DNA from: an uncultured Acidimicrobiaceae bacterium | Lineage (GTDB): Bacteria > Actinomycetota > Acidimicrobiia > Acidimicrobiales > Bog-793 | Assembly (NCBI GenBank): GCA_963803025.1 | Contig: CAWDKZ010000009.1 | Span: 36,616-100,615 of the forward strand | DNA: 64,000 nucleotides | Reading direction: 5' to 3' | Part shown: positions 29,248 through 41,633 of the stretch, piece by piece | How positions within the stretch are numbered: position 1 is the first letter of the stretch | How the letters are laid out: each line of letters starts with the position of its first letter | Translations under genes and position numbers: made by a program | Notes under the pieces: model-generated | Databases searched by the model: none | What the model was told of the DNA's origin: nothing | What the model saw: the letters and a program-made list of their open reading frames with translations, nothing else

Positions 29248-30044
29248 GGCGTGCGCTCCACGTCGAGCCCGCGGTGGTCGTCGGTCTGCGCCGCGGCCTC
29301 GGGGGTCTGGTCGGCGCGGCCGGTCCACCGCACCCTGAGCTCGCCGAAGGTCGCCTGCTGCTCGAGCTCGACGAGCTCCTGCTTGTACAGCTCAAGCAGG
29401 GCAAGAAAGTAGGCCACGACGTGCGCCGTCGAGGCCAGACCGGCGGTCAGCTCGCGGAAGCTCGCCTCGCCGCGCGCGGCGAGCGCGCCGGCGAGGTCCT
29501 CGAGCGTGCGGGCGACGCTCACCTCGTCGACGAGCACGTGGGCGTCGCCGATCACGGGCACGGGCCGCGCCGCGAGCGCGCGCCGGGCGACCTCGGCGAG
29601 CCGCCCGGCCGTCACGCCCGCGAGCAGGTCGGGCACCACCGCGGCGAAGCGCTCGTCGGCGCCGGCCCGGCGCGGGACCGAACGGGCCGCGGCCTGCTCG
29701 CGCGCCGCGAGCGTCGCCGCGGCGGCGTTGAAGGTCTGGCACTCGACGAGCCGGGCGAGGAGGTAGTCACGGGCCTCGTAGAGGGCGAGCTCCTCCTCGA
29801 GGTCGAGCTCGTCCCGTCCGGGCAGGAGCCGGCGGCACTTCAGCTCGATGAGGGTCGCGGCAATGAGCAGGAACTCCGTCGAAACCTCGAGGTCGACCTC
29901 CTCGGCGCGGGCCATCTCGGCGAGGAATCCGTCGACGATGTCGGAAAGGCGGACCTCGTAGATCTCGACCTCCTGGGCGGAGATCAACTGCAGCAACAGG
30001 GCGAACGGCCCGTCGAACACGTCGAGATGGACTTCGTAGGCCAC
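29244..30044 (-). CDS. scpA: Segregation/condensation protein ScpA
   Basis: FDGPFALLLQLI, EFLLIAATLIELK, FLALLELYK. Confidence 0.95.
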   Translation of the reverse strand: MAYEVHLDVFDGPFALLLQLISAQEVEIYEVRLSDIVDGFLAEMARAEEVDLEVSTEFLLIAATLIELKCRRLLPGRDELDLEEELALYEARDYLLARLVECQTFNAAAATLAAREQAAARSVPRRAGADERFAAVVPDLLAGVTAGRLAEVARRALAARPVPVIGDAHVLVDEVSVARTLEDLAGALAARGEASFRELTAGLASTAHVVAYFLALLELYKQELVELEQQATFGELRVRWTGRADQTPEAAAQTDDHRGLDVERTP

Positions 30045-30121
30045 CTCTGCACGCTACCGTCGCCGACCTCGCGGAGGGTGAACGGCCCGTCCGATCTGGC
30101 CTTGGCCACTAAGTTCTTCCC

Positions 30122-31108
30122 ATGGCACGGATCTTCTCCGGTGTGCAGCCCTCCGGCTCGCTCCACCTCGGCAACTACATCGGCGCCTTCCGCCAGTGGG
30201 TTGAAGGACAAAGGTCCGACCAGGCCGTGTTCTGCGTCGTCGACCTCCACGCCCTCAGCGGCGTGAGCCCGCCCCCACCCGAGCAGTTGCGGGTCCAGAC
30301 CCTCGAGACGGCCGCCGGCCTGCTCGCCGTCGGGCTCGACCCCGGGCTGTGCACGATCTTCCTGCAGAGCCACGTCGCCGAGCACGCCGAGCTCTCGTGG
30401 CTCCTCGAGTGCACCGCCTCGTACGGCGAGCTGCGACGGATGACGCAGTTCAAGGAGAAGTCCCGCGGCCAGGCCTCCGTGCGCGCCGGCCTTTTCACCT
30501 ATCCCGCCCTGATGGCGGCCGACATCCTCCTCTACGACACCGACCGCGTCCCCGTCGGCGACGACCAGCGCCAGCACATCGAGCTCACCCGCGATCTCGC
30601 CCTGCGGTTCAACGCTGCCTACGGCGAGACCTTCGTCGTCCCGGAGATCGAGCTGCCCGAGGTGGGGGCGCGCGTCATGGACCTGCAGCACCCCGAGCAG
30701 AAGATGTCGAAGAGCGCGACCTCGCCGCTGGGCACGATCTCGATCGACGACCCGCCCGGCGAGATCGACAGGAAGATCCGCCGCGCCGTCACCGACGCCG
30801 AGACCGAGGTCCGCTACGACCGGGACCACAAGCCGGGGGTCGCGAACCTGCTCGAGCTGCTCGCGGCCGCCACCGGTGAGCCCCCCGCCAGGCTCGCGGC
30901 CCGCTACGACACCTACGGGGCGCTGAAGGCCGACGTCGCCGCGGCGGTCGTGGAACTCCTCCGCCCGGTCCGCGAGCGCTACGTCGAGCTCACCCGCGAC
31001 ACCGGCGCCCTCGCCCAGATCCTCAGGCAGGGCGCGGACCAGGCCCGGCGGATCGCCGCCGTGACGCTCGAGCGGGCCCAGCGGGCCGTCGGCCTCGTCC
31101 CCCGGTGA
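30122..31108 (+). CDS. trpS: Tryptophan-tRNA ligase
   Basis: FSGVQPSG, HLGNYIG, YPALMAADIL, GDDQRQH, KMSKS. Confidence 0.97.
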   Translation: MARIFSGVQPSGSLHLGNYIGAFRQWVEGQRSDQAVFCVVDLHALSGVSPPPPEQLRVQTLETAAGLLAVGLDPGLCTIFLQSHVAEHAELSWLLECTASYGELRRMTQFKEKSRGQASVRAGLFTYPALMAADILLYDTDRVPVGDDQRQHIELTRDLALRFNAAYGETFVVPEIELPEVGARVMDLQHPEQKMSKSATSPLGTISIDDPPGEIDRKIRRAVTDAETEVRYDRDHKPGVANLLELLAAATGEPPARLAARYDTYGALKADVAAAVVELLRPVRERYVELTRDTGALAQILRQGADQARRIAAVTLERAQRAVGLVPR

Positions 31109-31132
31109 GGGCCCGCGGTCGGGGGCCGCGGG

Positions 31133-31906
31133 CTACGCGATGACGACCGGTCCGATGCCGACGATGCGCCCCCACCACTCTGTGCCGAAGTTGAACACGC
31201 TGTCGAGCGCGCCCGGCACGACGAGCACGAGGAAGAGGACGAAGAAGAGCGACATCATCCGCAGCCGGTAGTACTGGGGCAGCCACTCGCGGGGCAGGAA
31301 CCACTCGATGACCGCGGAGCCGTCGAGCGGTGGGATCGGGATCAGGTTGAACACGGCGATGATCACGTTCACGATCCCGAACAGGAAGAGGACCTCCTCG
31401 CCGAGCGGCCAGGCGGTGATCGACAGCTGACTGAGCTGCGGGATGTTCGCCACGGCATGGAAGGCGAAGCCGGCGGCGAGCGCGAGGACGATGTTCGTCG
31501 CCGGTCCGGCGAGCCCGACGAGCACGGCCTGGTTGCGCGGGTGGCGGAGGCGGTCGACGCGGACCGGGACGGGCTTGGCCCAGCCGAACGCCAGGTGCGT
31601 CGTCACGATGAGGAGGATCGGCAACAGCACCGTGCCGATGGGGTCGACGTGGCGGATCGGGTTGAGCGAGAGCCGCCCGGCGCGCTTGGCGGTGTCGTCG
31701 CCGCACCAGTTGGCGACGACGCCGTGGCTCACCTCGTGCAGGATGATCGTCGGGATGAGGACGACGAAGAACAGCGCCTCCTCGCTGTGAAGCGCGTGGT
31801 GGCGGTCGGCCTCGACGACGATGAGGGCGAGGATGGCGACGATGGCGACGGCCCAGGGACCGTTGCGGTGAAAGCGCGCGACGCGCGCCTCGTGGCTCAG
31901 CGACAC
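31133..31906 (-). CDS. Site-2 protease (M50)
   Basis: HEVSH, FNLIPIPPLDG. Confidence 0.92.
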   Translation of the reverse strand: MSLSHEARVARFHRNGPWAVAIVAILALIVVEADRHHALHSEEALFFVVLIPTIILHEVSHGVVANWCGDDTAKRAGRLSLNPIRHVDPIGTVLLPILLIVTTHLAFGWAKPVPVRVDRLRHPRNQAVLVGLAGPATNIVLALAAGFAFHAVANIPQLSQLSITAWPLGEEVLFLFGIVNVIIAVFNLIPIPPLDGSAVIEWFLPREWLPQYYRLRMMSLFFVLFLVLVVPGALDSVFNFGTEWWGRIVGIGPVVIA

Positions 31907-31916
31907 GTAAGGGGCG

Positions 31917-32264
31917 TCAGCGTCGGGCGTTCGCGCAGGCGATGCACGTGCGCACCGCCGGCTTGGCTTCGAGCCGCGCGGCGCCGATCGGCTGGCCGCA
32001 CTTCTCGCATCTGCCGTAGGTGCCGGCGTCGACCTTGGCGAGCGCGTGCTCGACTTCGCCCAGCGCGTTGCGCAGCTCCGCGACCAGCGTCTCGGCCTCG
32101 CCCCGCTCCGCGGTGACCTGGCTCGAGTCGGCGAAGTTCGAGTCGTACGACAACCCGGTGCTCGTGCCGGTGCCGAATCCGAGCTCGGTGAGTTGACGCT
32201 CGAGCGACGCGCGCTCAGCCTCGAGCAGCGTGCGGTAGTCGATCGTCGGGGCCTCGTTGGTCAC
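31917..32264 (-). CDS. TraR/DksA C4 zinc-finger protein
   Basis: YGRCEKCGQPI..RLEAKP..TCIAC. Confidence 0.9.
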   Translation of the reverse strand: MTNEAPTIDYRTLLEAERASLERQLTELGFGTGTSTGLSYDSNFADSSQVTAERGEAETLVAELRNALGEVEHALAKVDAGTYGRCEKCGQPIGAARLEAKPAVRTCIACANARR

Positions 32265-32327
32265 GGCGAACAGACTAGTTCGCAGGCGTGCCGACCCGTT
32301 GCACGAGGCGCCCGGACGGCGACGCGC

Positions 32328-33278
32328 TCACCTCGCCCGTCCCCCGACCGACCGGCGGCGCGCCCGGGGATGCGCCGCCAGGTACGCCCGGCGGAGGTGT
32401 TCCTGGGAAACCTTCGTGTAGACCTGGGTCGTCGTGATCGAGGCGTGGCCGAGCAACTCCTGGACGACCCGGATGTCGGCGCCGTGGTCGAGAAGATGCG
32501 TGGCGAACGAATGGCGCAGCACGTGCGGCGTGACCCGGTCCGCCAGCCCGACGCGCCGCGCGCAGGTGTTGACGACGGTCCAGACCGCCTGCCGGCTCAT
32601 CCGGCGTCCCCGCGTCGAGAGGAACATCGCCTGCGCGTCGGGGCGGGCGCGCCGCTTGCTGGCCGCGATGCCCCGCCTGCCGCCCGGACCGAGCCAGGCC
32701 GCGAGGGCCGCGAGGGCGAAGCGGCCGACTGGCACGATGCGTTCCTTCGAGCCCTTGCCGAGGACCCGGACGATGCCGCCCGGCGCGTCGAGGTCGGCGA
32801 TCGACAGCCCGGCGAGTTCGGAGATGCGGATCCCCGTCGCGTAGAGGAGCTCGAGGATGGCGCGGTCGCGCCGCGCCCGGGGGTCGTCTCCGACGACCGA
32901 GCCGAGCAACAGCTCGACCTCCGCCTCGCTGAGCGCCTTGGGGACGCCCTCGGGCACCCGGGGTCCCTCCACGTCGCCGGTCGGATCGAGGGCCGCGCCC
33001 CGCTCGTCAAGACAGAAGGCGTGCAGACCGCGGATCGCGGCGAGGGCGCGGGCCCGCGAGGAGGCCGCGCGGCCCGCCGCGGCGAGCGCGCCGAGGTACT
33101 CCTCGACGACGGCGGGGGTGACGTCACCGAGGGCGAGCCGTCGCCCGGCGAGGTAGCGCTCGTAGGAGGCGAGGTCCCGGCGATACGAGAGGACCGAGTT
33201 GGCGGCGCGGCCGCGCTCGACCGTGAGGTACGACAGGTACTCCTCGGCGTCAGCGCTGAGCGGGGTCTCGTGCGCCAC
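32328..33278 (-). CDS. xerD: Tyrosine recombinase XerD
   Basis: LYATGIRISEL, GKGSKER, HVLRHSFATHLL, LLGHASITTTQVY; follows NUDIX gene. Confidence 0.93.
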   Translation of the reverse strand: MAHETPLSADAEEYLSYLTVERGRAANSVLSYRRDLASYERYLAGRRLALGDVTPAVVEEYLGALAAAGRAASSRARALAAIRGLHAFCLDERGAALDPTGDVEGPRVPEGVPKALSEAEVELLLGSVVGDDPRARRDRAILELLYATGIRISELAGLSIADLDAPGGIVRVLGKGSKERIVPVGRFALAALAAWLGPGGRRGIAASKRRARPDAQAMFLSTRGRRMSRQAVWTVVNTCARRVGLADRVTPHVLRHSFATHLLDHGADIRVVQELLGHASITTTQVYTKVSQEHLRRAYLAAHPRARRRSVGGRAR

Positions 33279-33300
33279 CGCGGGTCGCGCGGTCCCCGAC

Positions 33301-35533
<2,233 letters not shown>

Positions 35534-35735
35534 CTACAGGGCGCGTCCGGGCCCCGTGCGGATCGGCGTGGGCCCCTCCCGGCCGGCCCGCTGCGGCATC
35601 GCTCCTCCCCACGTCCGGGCGGCGACGGGGCATCCCCGTCGACCGGACGCTCCTCGTCGACCCGCCGGCGGTGACCGGTCGAGCGCCTCGCACCCGGTGA
35701 AACCGGCCCCCGACATCACGGACCGGGGGCGTTCT

Positions 35736-37331
35736 TCACAGCGATCGGCGCGCGCCCACCTTCTCGAGCAGTTCCGCGGCGTGTTCACGGGCGACCTCGC
35801 TCTCGGGATGGCCCGAGAGCATCCGTGAGAGCTCGACGACGCGGTCGTGACCAGCGACGGGACGCACGCGGGCGATCGTGCGCGCACCTTCCTCGCCTTT
35901 CTCGACGACGAGGTGATTGTCGGCGCACGCCGCGATCTGAGCGAGGTGGGTGACGACGAGCACCTGGTGATCGGCCCCGAGCTCGGCGAGCGACGCGCCG
36001 ACCGCGAGCGCGGCCGCGCCGCCGATCCCGGCGTCGACCTCGTCGAAGACGAGCGTCGGTGGCATCGACGTGAGCACGAGACGGAGCGCGAGCATCGCCC
36101 GGGCGAGCTCGCCGCCCGAGGCGACCTTGGCGAGCGGCAACGCCGCCTCGCCGGGGTTGGCGGCGAGGCGGAACTCCACCTCGTCACCGATCCCCTCGGC
36201 CGGGACGACGACGTCGAGATGCGCCTGGGCGAGCCCGAGGCTGTGGAGGTGGCGCTCGACCATCCCGGCGAGCTGCGGCGCCGTGGCGCGCCTCGCCTCG
36301 CCGACGCGCTCCTCTGCCGCCGCGAGCTCGGCGCGGAGCCGGGCGCGTCGCGCCTCGATCTCGGCGCGGCGGGCGTCCGTGTCCTCGATGGCGGCAACCC
36401 GCGCCGCGATGCGACTCGCCGCCGCGAGCACGTCGGCGAGCTCGTCGCCGTGCTTGCGGACCAGGCTGCGCAGCAGCTGGCGTCGCGCCCGCACCTCCTC
36501 GAGCCGTTCGGGGCTCTCCTCGAAGGTCTCCGCGGCGCGGCGCAGCTCCGTCGACAGATCGGCGAGCTCGGCGACGAGTCCACGCAACCGTGAGGCATAG
36601 GTGGCGAGAAGATCGTGGTGCCCGAGGGCTTCGAGCGCCCCACCGAGGTCGAAGAGCGCCCCGGGGCGGGCCCCGCCCTCGAGGGTCTCGTAGGCGGACG
36701 TCACCGACTCGCGCAGCGACGCCGCGGCGCGCAGCGTCTCCTCCTCGGTGGCGAGTGCTTCGTCCTCGTCGGCCGAGACGATCGCCGCCGCGGCGATCTC
36801 GTCGGCCTCGAAACGCAGCAGGTCGAGCTCGCGCCGGCGCTGGCGTTCGTCGCCGCCGAGGGCGGCGAGCTCCTCGTCGCAGGCGGCGATCTCGCGGCGC
36901 AGTCCCCGCACCGGCTCGAGGTCGACCCCCGCGAACTGGTCGAGGGCCGACCGTTGGGTCGTCGGTCGCAGCAGCGACTGGTGAGCGTGCTGCCCATAGA
37001 GGTCGACGAGGTCACGCCCGGCCTCCTCGAGGGCGGCGAGTGGCGCCAGCCGTCCGTCGACGGCGGCACGGGAGCGACCCGTGCGCGGAATGGTCCGCGC
37101 CAGGACGACCTCGGCGTCGCCGGCGACGAAGCGACCCTCGATCGTCGTCTCGACAGCCCCGCTGCGCACGATCGAGGCGTCGGCCCGTCCCCCGACGAGC
37201 AGTTCGAGCGCCTCGACGACGAGCGTCTTGCCGGCCCCGGTCTCGCCCGTGATCGCCGTCAGCCCGGGACCGAAGACGATGTCGACGTCCTCGATCACCC
37301 CCAGCTCGCGGACTCGCAGTTCGCCGAGCAC
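35736..37331 (-). CDS. recN: DNA repair protein RecN
   Basis: TGETGAGKT, ASGGELAR, FDEVDAGIGG, THLAQIA. Confidence 0.96.
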   Translation of the reverse strand: MLGELRVRELGVIEDVDIVFGPGLTAITGETGAGKTLVVEALELLVGGRADASIVRSGAVETTIEGRFVAGDAEVVLARTIPRTGRSRAAVDGRLAPLAALEEAGRDLVDLYGQHAHQSLLRPTTQRSALDQFAGVDLEPVRGLRREIAACDEELAALGGDERQRRRELDLLRFEADEIAAAAIVSADEDEALATEEETLRAAASLRESVTSAYETLEGGARPGALFDLGGALEALGHHDLLATYASRLRGLVAELADLSTELRRAAETFEESPERLEEVRARRQLLRSLVRKHGDELADVLAAASRIAARVAAIEDTDARRAEIEARRARLRAELAAAEERVGEARRATAPQLAGMVERHLHSLGLAQAHLDVVVPAEGIGDEVEFRLAANPGEAALPLAKVASGGELARAMLALRLVLTSMPPTLVFDEVDAGIGGAAALAVGASLAELGADHQVLVVTHLAQIAACADNHLVVEKGEEGARTIARVRPVAGHDRVVELSRMLSGHPESEVAREHAAELLEKVGARRSL

Positions 37332-37339
37332 GGCCGCAG

Positions 37340-38194
37340 TTAGCGCTCCCCGAGCCCGAACTTCGCCCGCAGGATCGAGTGAAACCGCTTCGGCCCGAAC
37401 CGCACGATGTGCGCCGGTTGCGGGCTGCCGGAGACCTCGACCGCGTCGTCGGGGCTGACCGAAACCACCGTCGACCCGTCGACGACGAGGACCGCGAGAG
37501 GCCCTCCTCTGGGCTCGATCCGCACCACCTCGTCGGGGTCGAGGACGAGCGACCGATCGAACAACATGTGCGGCGAGATCGGCGTGACGATGAGCAAGCG
37601 CAACTGCGGCGAGACGATCGGACCCCGCAGCGACAGGTTGTAGCCGGTCGATCCGGTCGGCGTCGCGACGATGATCCCGTCGACGACGTAGCTCAGGAAC
37701 GGATGCCCGGCGATCGTGACGTCGAGCCGGATCGTGCGCCCCGGCGTCGTCTTCACGACCCCGGCCTCGTTCAGCCCGAACGCCGTGATGTCGTCGCCCC
37801 TGGCCCGCACGACGTGGACCTCGAGGACCATTCGCTCCTCGACCTGGTAGTCGCCGCTGACGAGCCGGGTGAATGCCGCCTCCATTCCCGTGGGCTCGAC
37901 CTGGGCGAGGTAGCCGAGGCTGCCGAGATTCACGCCGAGGACGGGGACGCTCCGTCCGACGCTGAACTGCGCGGTCCGCAGCATCGTCCCGTCACCACCG
38001 AGGCTGACGGCGAACTCGAACGCGTCGGCCGGCTTGGTGTCGCCCAGATCCTTCTCGTCGACGTCGACGACGACGTAGCCGCGGCCCTCCCACCATTCCC
38101 GGGCCCGGGCCGCCAACGCCGCCGCCTCGGGTCGGAACGGGTGAACGACGAGAGCTATGCGCCGTTCGGCGGCGGGCGACGGAAGATCTCCCAT
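37340..38194 (-). CDS. nadK: NAD(+) kinase
   Basis: LGGDGTML, GSLGYL, LNE, DGIIVATPTGSTGY. Confidence 0.95.
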   Translation of the reverse strand: MGDLPSPAAERRIALVVHPFRPEAAALAARAREWWEGRGYVVVDVDEKDLGDTKPADAFEFAVSLGGDGTMLRTAQFSVGRSVPVLGVNLGSLGYLAQVEPTGMEAAFTRLVSGDYQVEERMVLEVHVVRARGDDITAFGLNEAGVVKTTPGRTIRLDVTIAGHPFLSYVVDGIIVATPTGSTGYNLSLRGPIVSPQLRLLIVTPISPHMLFDRSLVLDPDEVVRIEPRGGPLAVLVVDGSTVVSVSPDDAVEVSGSPQPAHIVRFGPKRFHSILRAKFGLGER

Positions 38195-38323
38195 GCTGTC
38201 ATCCTCGCGGTGGAACGCGTCCGACGACGCGCCGGTCTGCGCGCACCGTAGCGCACCGCCTTCTCGAACCCGCCAAGGACCCGTCTCTCGGGAAAGCAGG
38301 CAGCCGCGACGTGTTCTCGGCGC

Positions 38324-38839
38324 TCAAGCCTTCTTCCCCGCAGCCTTGCTGGGCGCGGTCTTCTTCGCGGCAACCTTCTTCGGCGCGGCCGTCTTCGCCG
38401 GAGCAGTGCTGGCGGCCTTCTTGGCCGGGGCTCTCTTGGCCGGGGCCTTCTTGGCCGCGCTCTTTGCCGCCGCCTTCTTCGCGCCGGCCGCGCCGGCTCG
38501 CTGGGCACGGTTCGAACCGAAGTACTCGCCGACGAGCGCCACGAGGCGCTCGAGGAACTCGCCGATCTCGTCACGCCGCGTCGAAGAGAAGGAGTCGAAC
38601 TCCCGGCGAATCTCGGAGCGGACGAGTTCGCTGAACCGATCGACGCTCCTTTTCGAACGGGCACGCAACTCGTCGAGGAGCTCCTCGACGCGTTCCCGAC
38701 TCTTGCCTTCTCCGCGCAGCAGTTCGCCGATGATCCTCTCGAGCTCGGGCCGGCTCATCTTGGAACATGAGACGGTCGACTCGACATAACGCCGGACACT
38801 GTCTTTGATTGATTCTTTACCGCCCGAATCTGGTTCCAT
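38324..38839 (-). CDS. Phasin/HBHA-like protein with histone-like AKK repeat tail
   Basis: Amphipathic N-terminal half; tail AKKAAAKSAAKKAPAKRAPAKK. Confidence 0.7.
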   Translation of the reverse strand: MEPDSGGKESIKDSVRRYVESTVSCSKMSRPELERIIGELLRGEGKSRERVEELLDELRARSKRSVDRFSELVRSEIRREFDSFSSTRRDEIGEFLERLVALVGEYFGSNRAQRAGAAGAKKAAAKSAAKKAPAKRAPAKKAASTAPAKTAAPKKVAAKKTAPSKAAGKKA

Positions 38840-38887
38840 ATTCCCAGCGTACCGTCGATCACCCAGGAAACGACGGCGCGCGCACGC

Positions 38888-39670
38888 TTACCCGATGAGG
38901 TCGACGAGCTGCGCGAGGTCCCGCGCCTCGTGATCCGGCGCCGGATCGATCGGATCGTGATCGGCCGGCGTCACGCCGGAGAGCACGAGCCCGAACTCCG
39001 CCCCGAGCCGACGGGCGAAGGCCCCGTCGGTCGAGAGCCGGTCGCCGATCATGAGGTCGACCCGTCCGAGGCGACGGCGCACGAGCTCGGCTGCCGGTTC
39101 GTGCGGCTTGCCCGCCACGACCGGGTCGACGTGGCTCGCCACGGTGACGGCGGCGAGGAGGGAACCGCCGCCGGGCAGTTCGCCCGCCGGGGTCGGATAC
39201 GTCGCGTCGCTGTTCGTGCCGATGAGCCGCGCGCCGTTGCCGACGGCGGCCATCGCCCGTGCCAGCCGGCCGTAGTCGAACGCCGGGTCGATCCCGACGA
39301 CGACCAGGTCGAACCCCGCGCTCTCCCCCGGCCCGTCGCACGCCACGACGCTGAGACCTCGCTCGCCGAGGGCCTCGGCGATCCCGGGACCACCGACGAC
39401 GAGTGCCCTTTCACCGGGGACGCCGAGTGTCCCCGCGGCCTGCGCCGAGCTGAGCACGAGCTCGGGGGTCGTCGTCACGCCCATCTGCCCGAGTTTGGCC
39501 ACGTTGTCGGCGACGGTCGGGAAGGAGTTGTTCGTGAAGTAGGCGACACGATGACCCGCGGCGCTGAGGCGCCCGAGCGCGGCCGCCGCGCCGGCGACCG
39601 GCTCCTCGGCGCGCCAGACAACGCCGTCGAGGTCGACAAGGATCGACAACTGCTTCGACATGGCGGCCAT
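38888..39670 (-). CDS. HAD-IIA (NagD-like) hydrolase
   Basis: DLDGVVW, TNNS, TNSD, GKP, IGDRLSTD. Confidence 0.92.
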   Translation of the reverse strand: MAAMSKQLSILVDLDGVVWRAEEPVAGAAAALGRLSAAGHRVAYFTNNSFPTVADNVAKLGQMGVTTTPELVLSSAQAAGTLGVPGERALVVGGPGIAEALGERGLSVVACDGPGESAGFDLVVVGIDPAFDYGRLARAMAAVGNGARLIGTNSDATYPTPAGELPGGGSLLAAVTVASHVDPVVAGKPHEPAAELVRRRLGRVDLMIGDRLSTDGAFARRLGAEFGLVLSGVTPADHDPIDPAPDHEARDLAQLVDLIG

Positions 39671-40370
39671 CCTCCCATCGGCGCGCCCCCAGCGAGAAGA
39701 GCACCCCCGAACCGAAGCCGCGGCGCGCCGACCGGCGACGACGTCGAAACAGTGTCACCGCAGTGGTTCTGCACCCGCGCCTCGCCGTCGACGAATCTGG
39801 AACGGGTCGTCCGAGGCGCGCATCCCGCGACTCCGGATCGACATCTTCACCGTCGAGCGAGTTTCCGGCGAACCGATCGACCCGAGTGCTCGCGACAACG
39901 AGACCGTCGCCGGAGCGGCCGTCGGTCGCGACCATCACCTGACGGTCACGTGCGCGGCGAGCCCACGAGCGGTCCGATCTGCGGACGGCGAGCGTCGACG
40001 GACTGTGGCTCGACGTTCGCCGCGACCCTGGTGGGATGCTCCCCGCAGACGGGACGCGCCGCGCCCCGCGGCGGTTTCTGCGGGATCGCCGCGCGCCTTC
40101 GCCAGGTCATCGCGTCGTCCACCGATCTCGACGGCACGGTTTGCCCGACCGGGCGTGTCGGCCAGGCGCCGCGACGGGAGATCCATCCCACCGCGCTGCC
40201 CAGAAGTTACGGTGTGCCCGTCACGGACACGAGCATGAGACCGGGGCCGTGCGGCGCCCGCGTCTCCCCTCCAGATCCGTGCTGTGTAGAACGCGGTCCT
40301 GTTGCTCCTCGAGTCTCGTGGGCGGCAGGGGTCAGCTTTCGGCGCGGCGCCCGCGGGGAAGGAACAGCGC

Positions 40371-41243
40371 GTGGCTTGGTTCGGTGCGGTGGATCTCGGC
40401 GGGACCAACTGCAGGTACGCCGTGGGGGACGGCGCCAACTCGTTCGTGGCCAGGGGCAGTTGCGGGACGGGAGACGATCCGGCTTCGACGGTGGGGAGGA
40501 TCGACAGCTGGTTCCGCGCACAGGGCAGGGCCCTCGACGCGCTCGGTGTGGCGTCCTTTGGGCCGCTCGACGTCCTCGCCGGGCGGATCGCGGTCACGCC
40601 GAAGCACGGTTGGCAGGGGTTTCCACTCCGCGACGAACTCGCGCACGCACTGGCGGTTCCTGTGGCGCTCGACACCGATGTCAGGGCCTCGGTCCTAGCG
40701 GAATGGTCCCTCGGAGCGGCCCAGGGTCTCGATGACGTTCTCTACATCACGGTCGGGACGGGCATCGGGGTGGGGGCGATCGTCGCGGGACACCTGATTC
40801 GCGGCGCGAGACACCCCGAGATGGGGCACATGCGGATCCCCCAGCGCCGGGACGATCCCTGGCAGGGATCCTGTGATTTCCACGGCAACTGCTGGGAGGG
40901 TTTGGCCTCCGGCTCCGCGTTGTCGGCGCGTTACGGGATACCGGCGACAAAGTTGCGAGACGGTGCGGCCTGGCAGCTCGAAACGGAGTACCTCGCCCTC
41001 GGCATCAACAACTTGATCTGCGTCTGCCGGCCGCAGCGGATCGTCATCGGCGGCGGCGTGCTGCGCCAGCCGGGACTCCTGGACGGGATCCGCTCGGCGG
41101 TCGCCGAGCTGCTCGACGCTTCGTACTTCCCGGAGGCCACCGACCTCGCGGAGATCCTCGTCGCTCCCGGACTCGACGAGGATTCCGGTTTGTTGGGGGG
41201 CCTGTTGCTTGCCCAGCAGCTGAACCCCGGCCCACCCGGATAG
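40371..41243 (+). CDS. ROK-family kinase (fructokinase-like)
   Basis: AVDLGGT, ASFGPLD, TPKHGW, TVGTGIG, HPEMGH, CDFHGNCWEGLASG. Confidence 0.9.
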   Translation: MAWFGAVDLGGTNCRYAVGDGANSFVARGSCGTGDDPASTVGRIDSWFRAQGRALDALGVASFGPLDVLAGRIAVTPKHGWQGFPLRDELAHALAVPVALDTDVRASVLAEWSLGAAQGLDDVLYITVGTGIGVGAIVAGHLIRGARHPEMGHMRIPQRRDDPWQGSCDFHGNCWEGLASGSALSARYGIPATKLRDGAAWQLETEYLALGINNLICVCRPQRIVIGGGVLRQPGLLDGIRSAVAELLDASYFPEATDLAEILVAPGLDEDSGLLGGLLLAQQLNPGPPG

Positions 41244-41633
41244 GCACGGCCGCCTCGGCTGGCGGTGACGATCTGCCCGGCGCCGCGACCGTGCGCCCGG
41301 TTCACGGCCAGCTCCCCGAAGACCTCGATCCGTGGTTCGGACCGGACTTCCTCGCCCGGCCGAGCAGCGGAGGCCGCGGCGACGCCGCGCGCGGGAGCCC
41401 GACCGCGCTGCGGGACCTTCCGCTCGGCGGGCACGCCGCGCCGTCGCCCCTGGTGGGGCGGAGCGCCCGGGAAGCCGGCCGGCGATTCCCCACGAGGCGC
41501 GCTGCGGACCATCGTCTCGGCCGCGGGTCCGGGTGGGGACGGCCGATGGAACTTGGACCAACAAGTGTCGGACCGTCGCTCGCCGTGGCCGGAGCGTTGG
41601 GGTGGCGGGGAGCCGCTGTGCTACGCAGGTGCC

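Noticed and set aside
32328-33278. Second tyrosine recombinase as a mobile-element integrase
   Set aside because: Housekeeping XerD in the conserved pyrG-NUDIX-xerD context
38340-38490. Repetitive DNA
   Set aside because: Explained by AKK codon repeats of the histone-like tail
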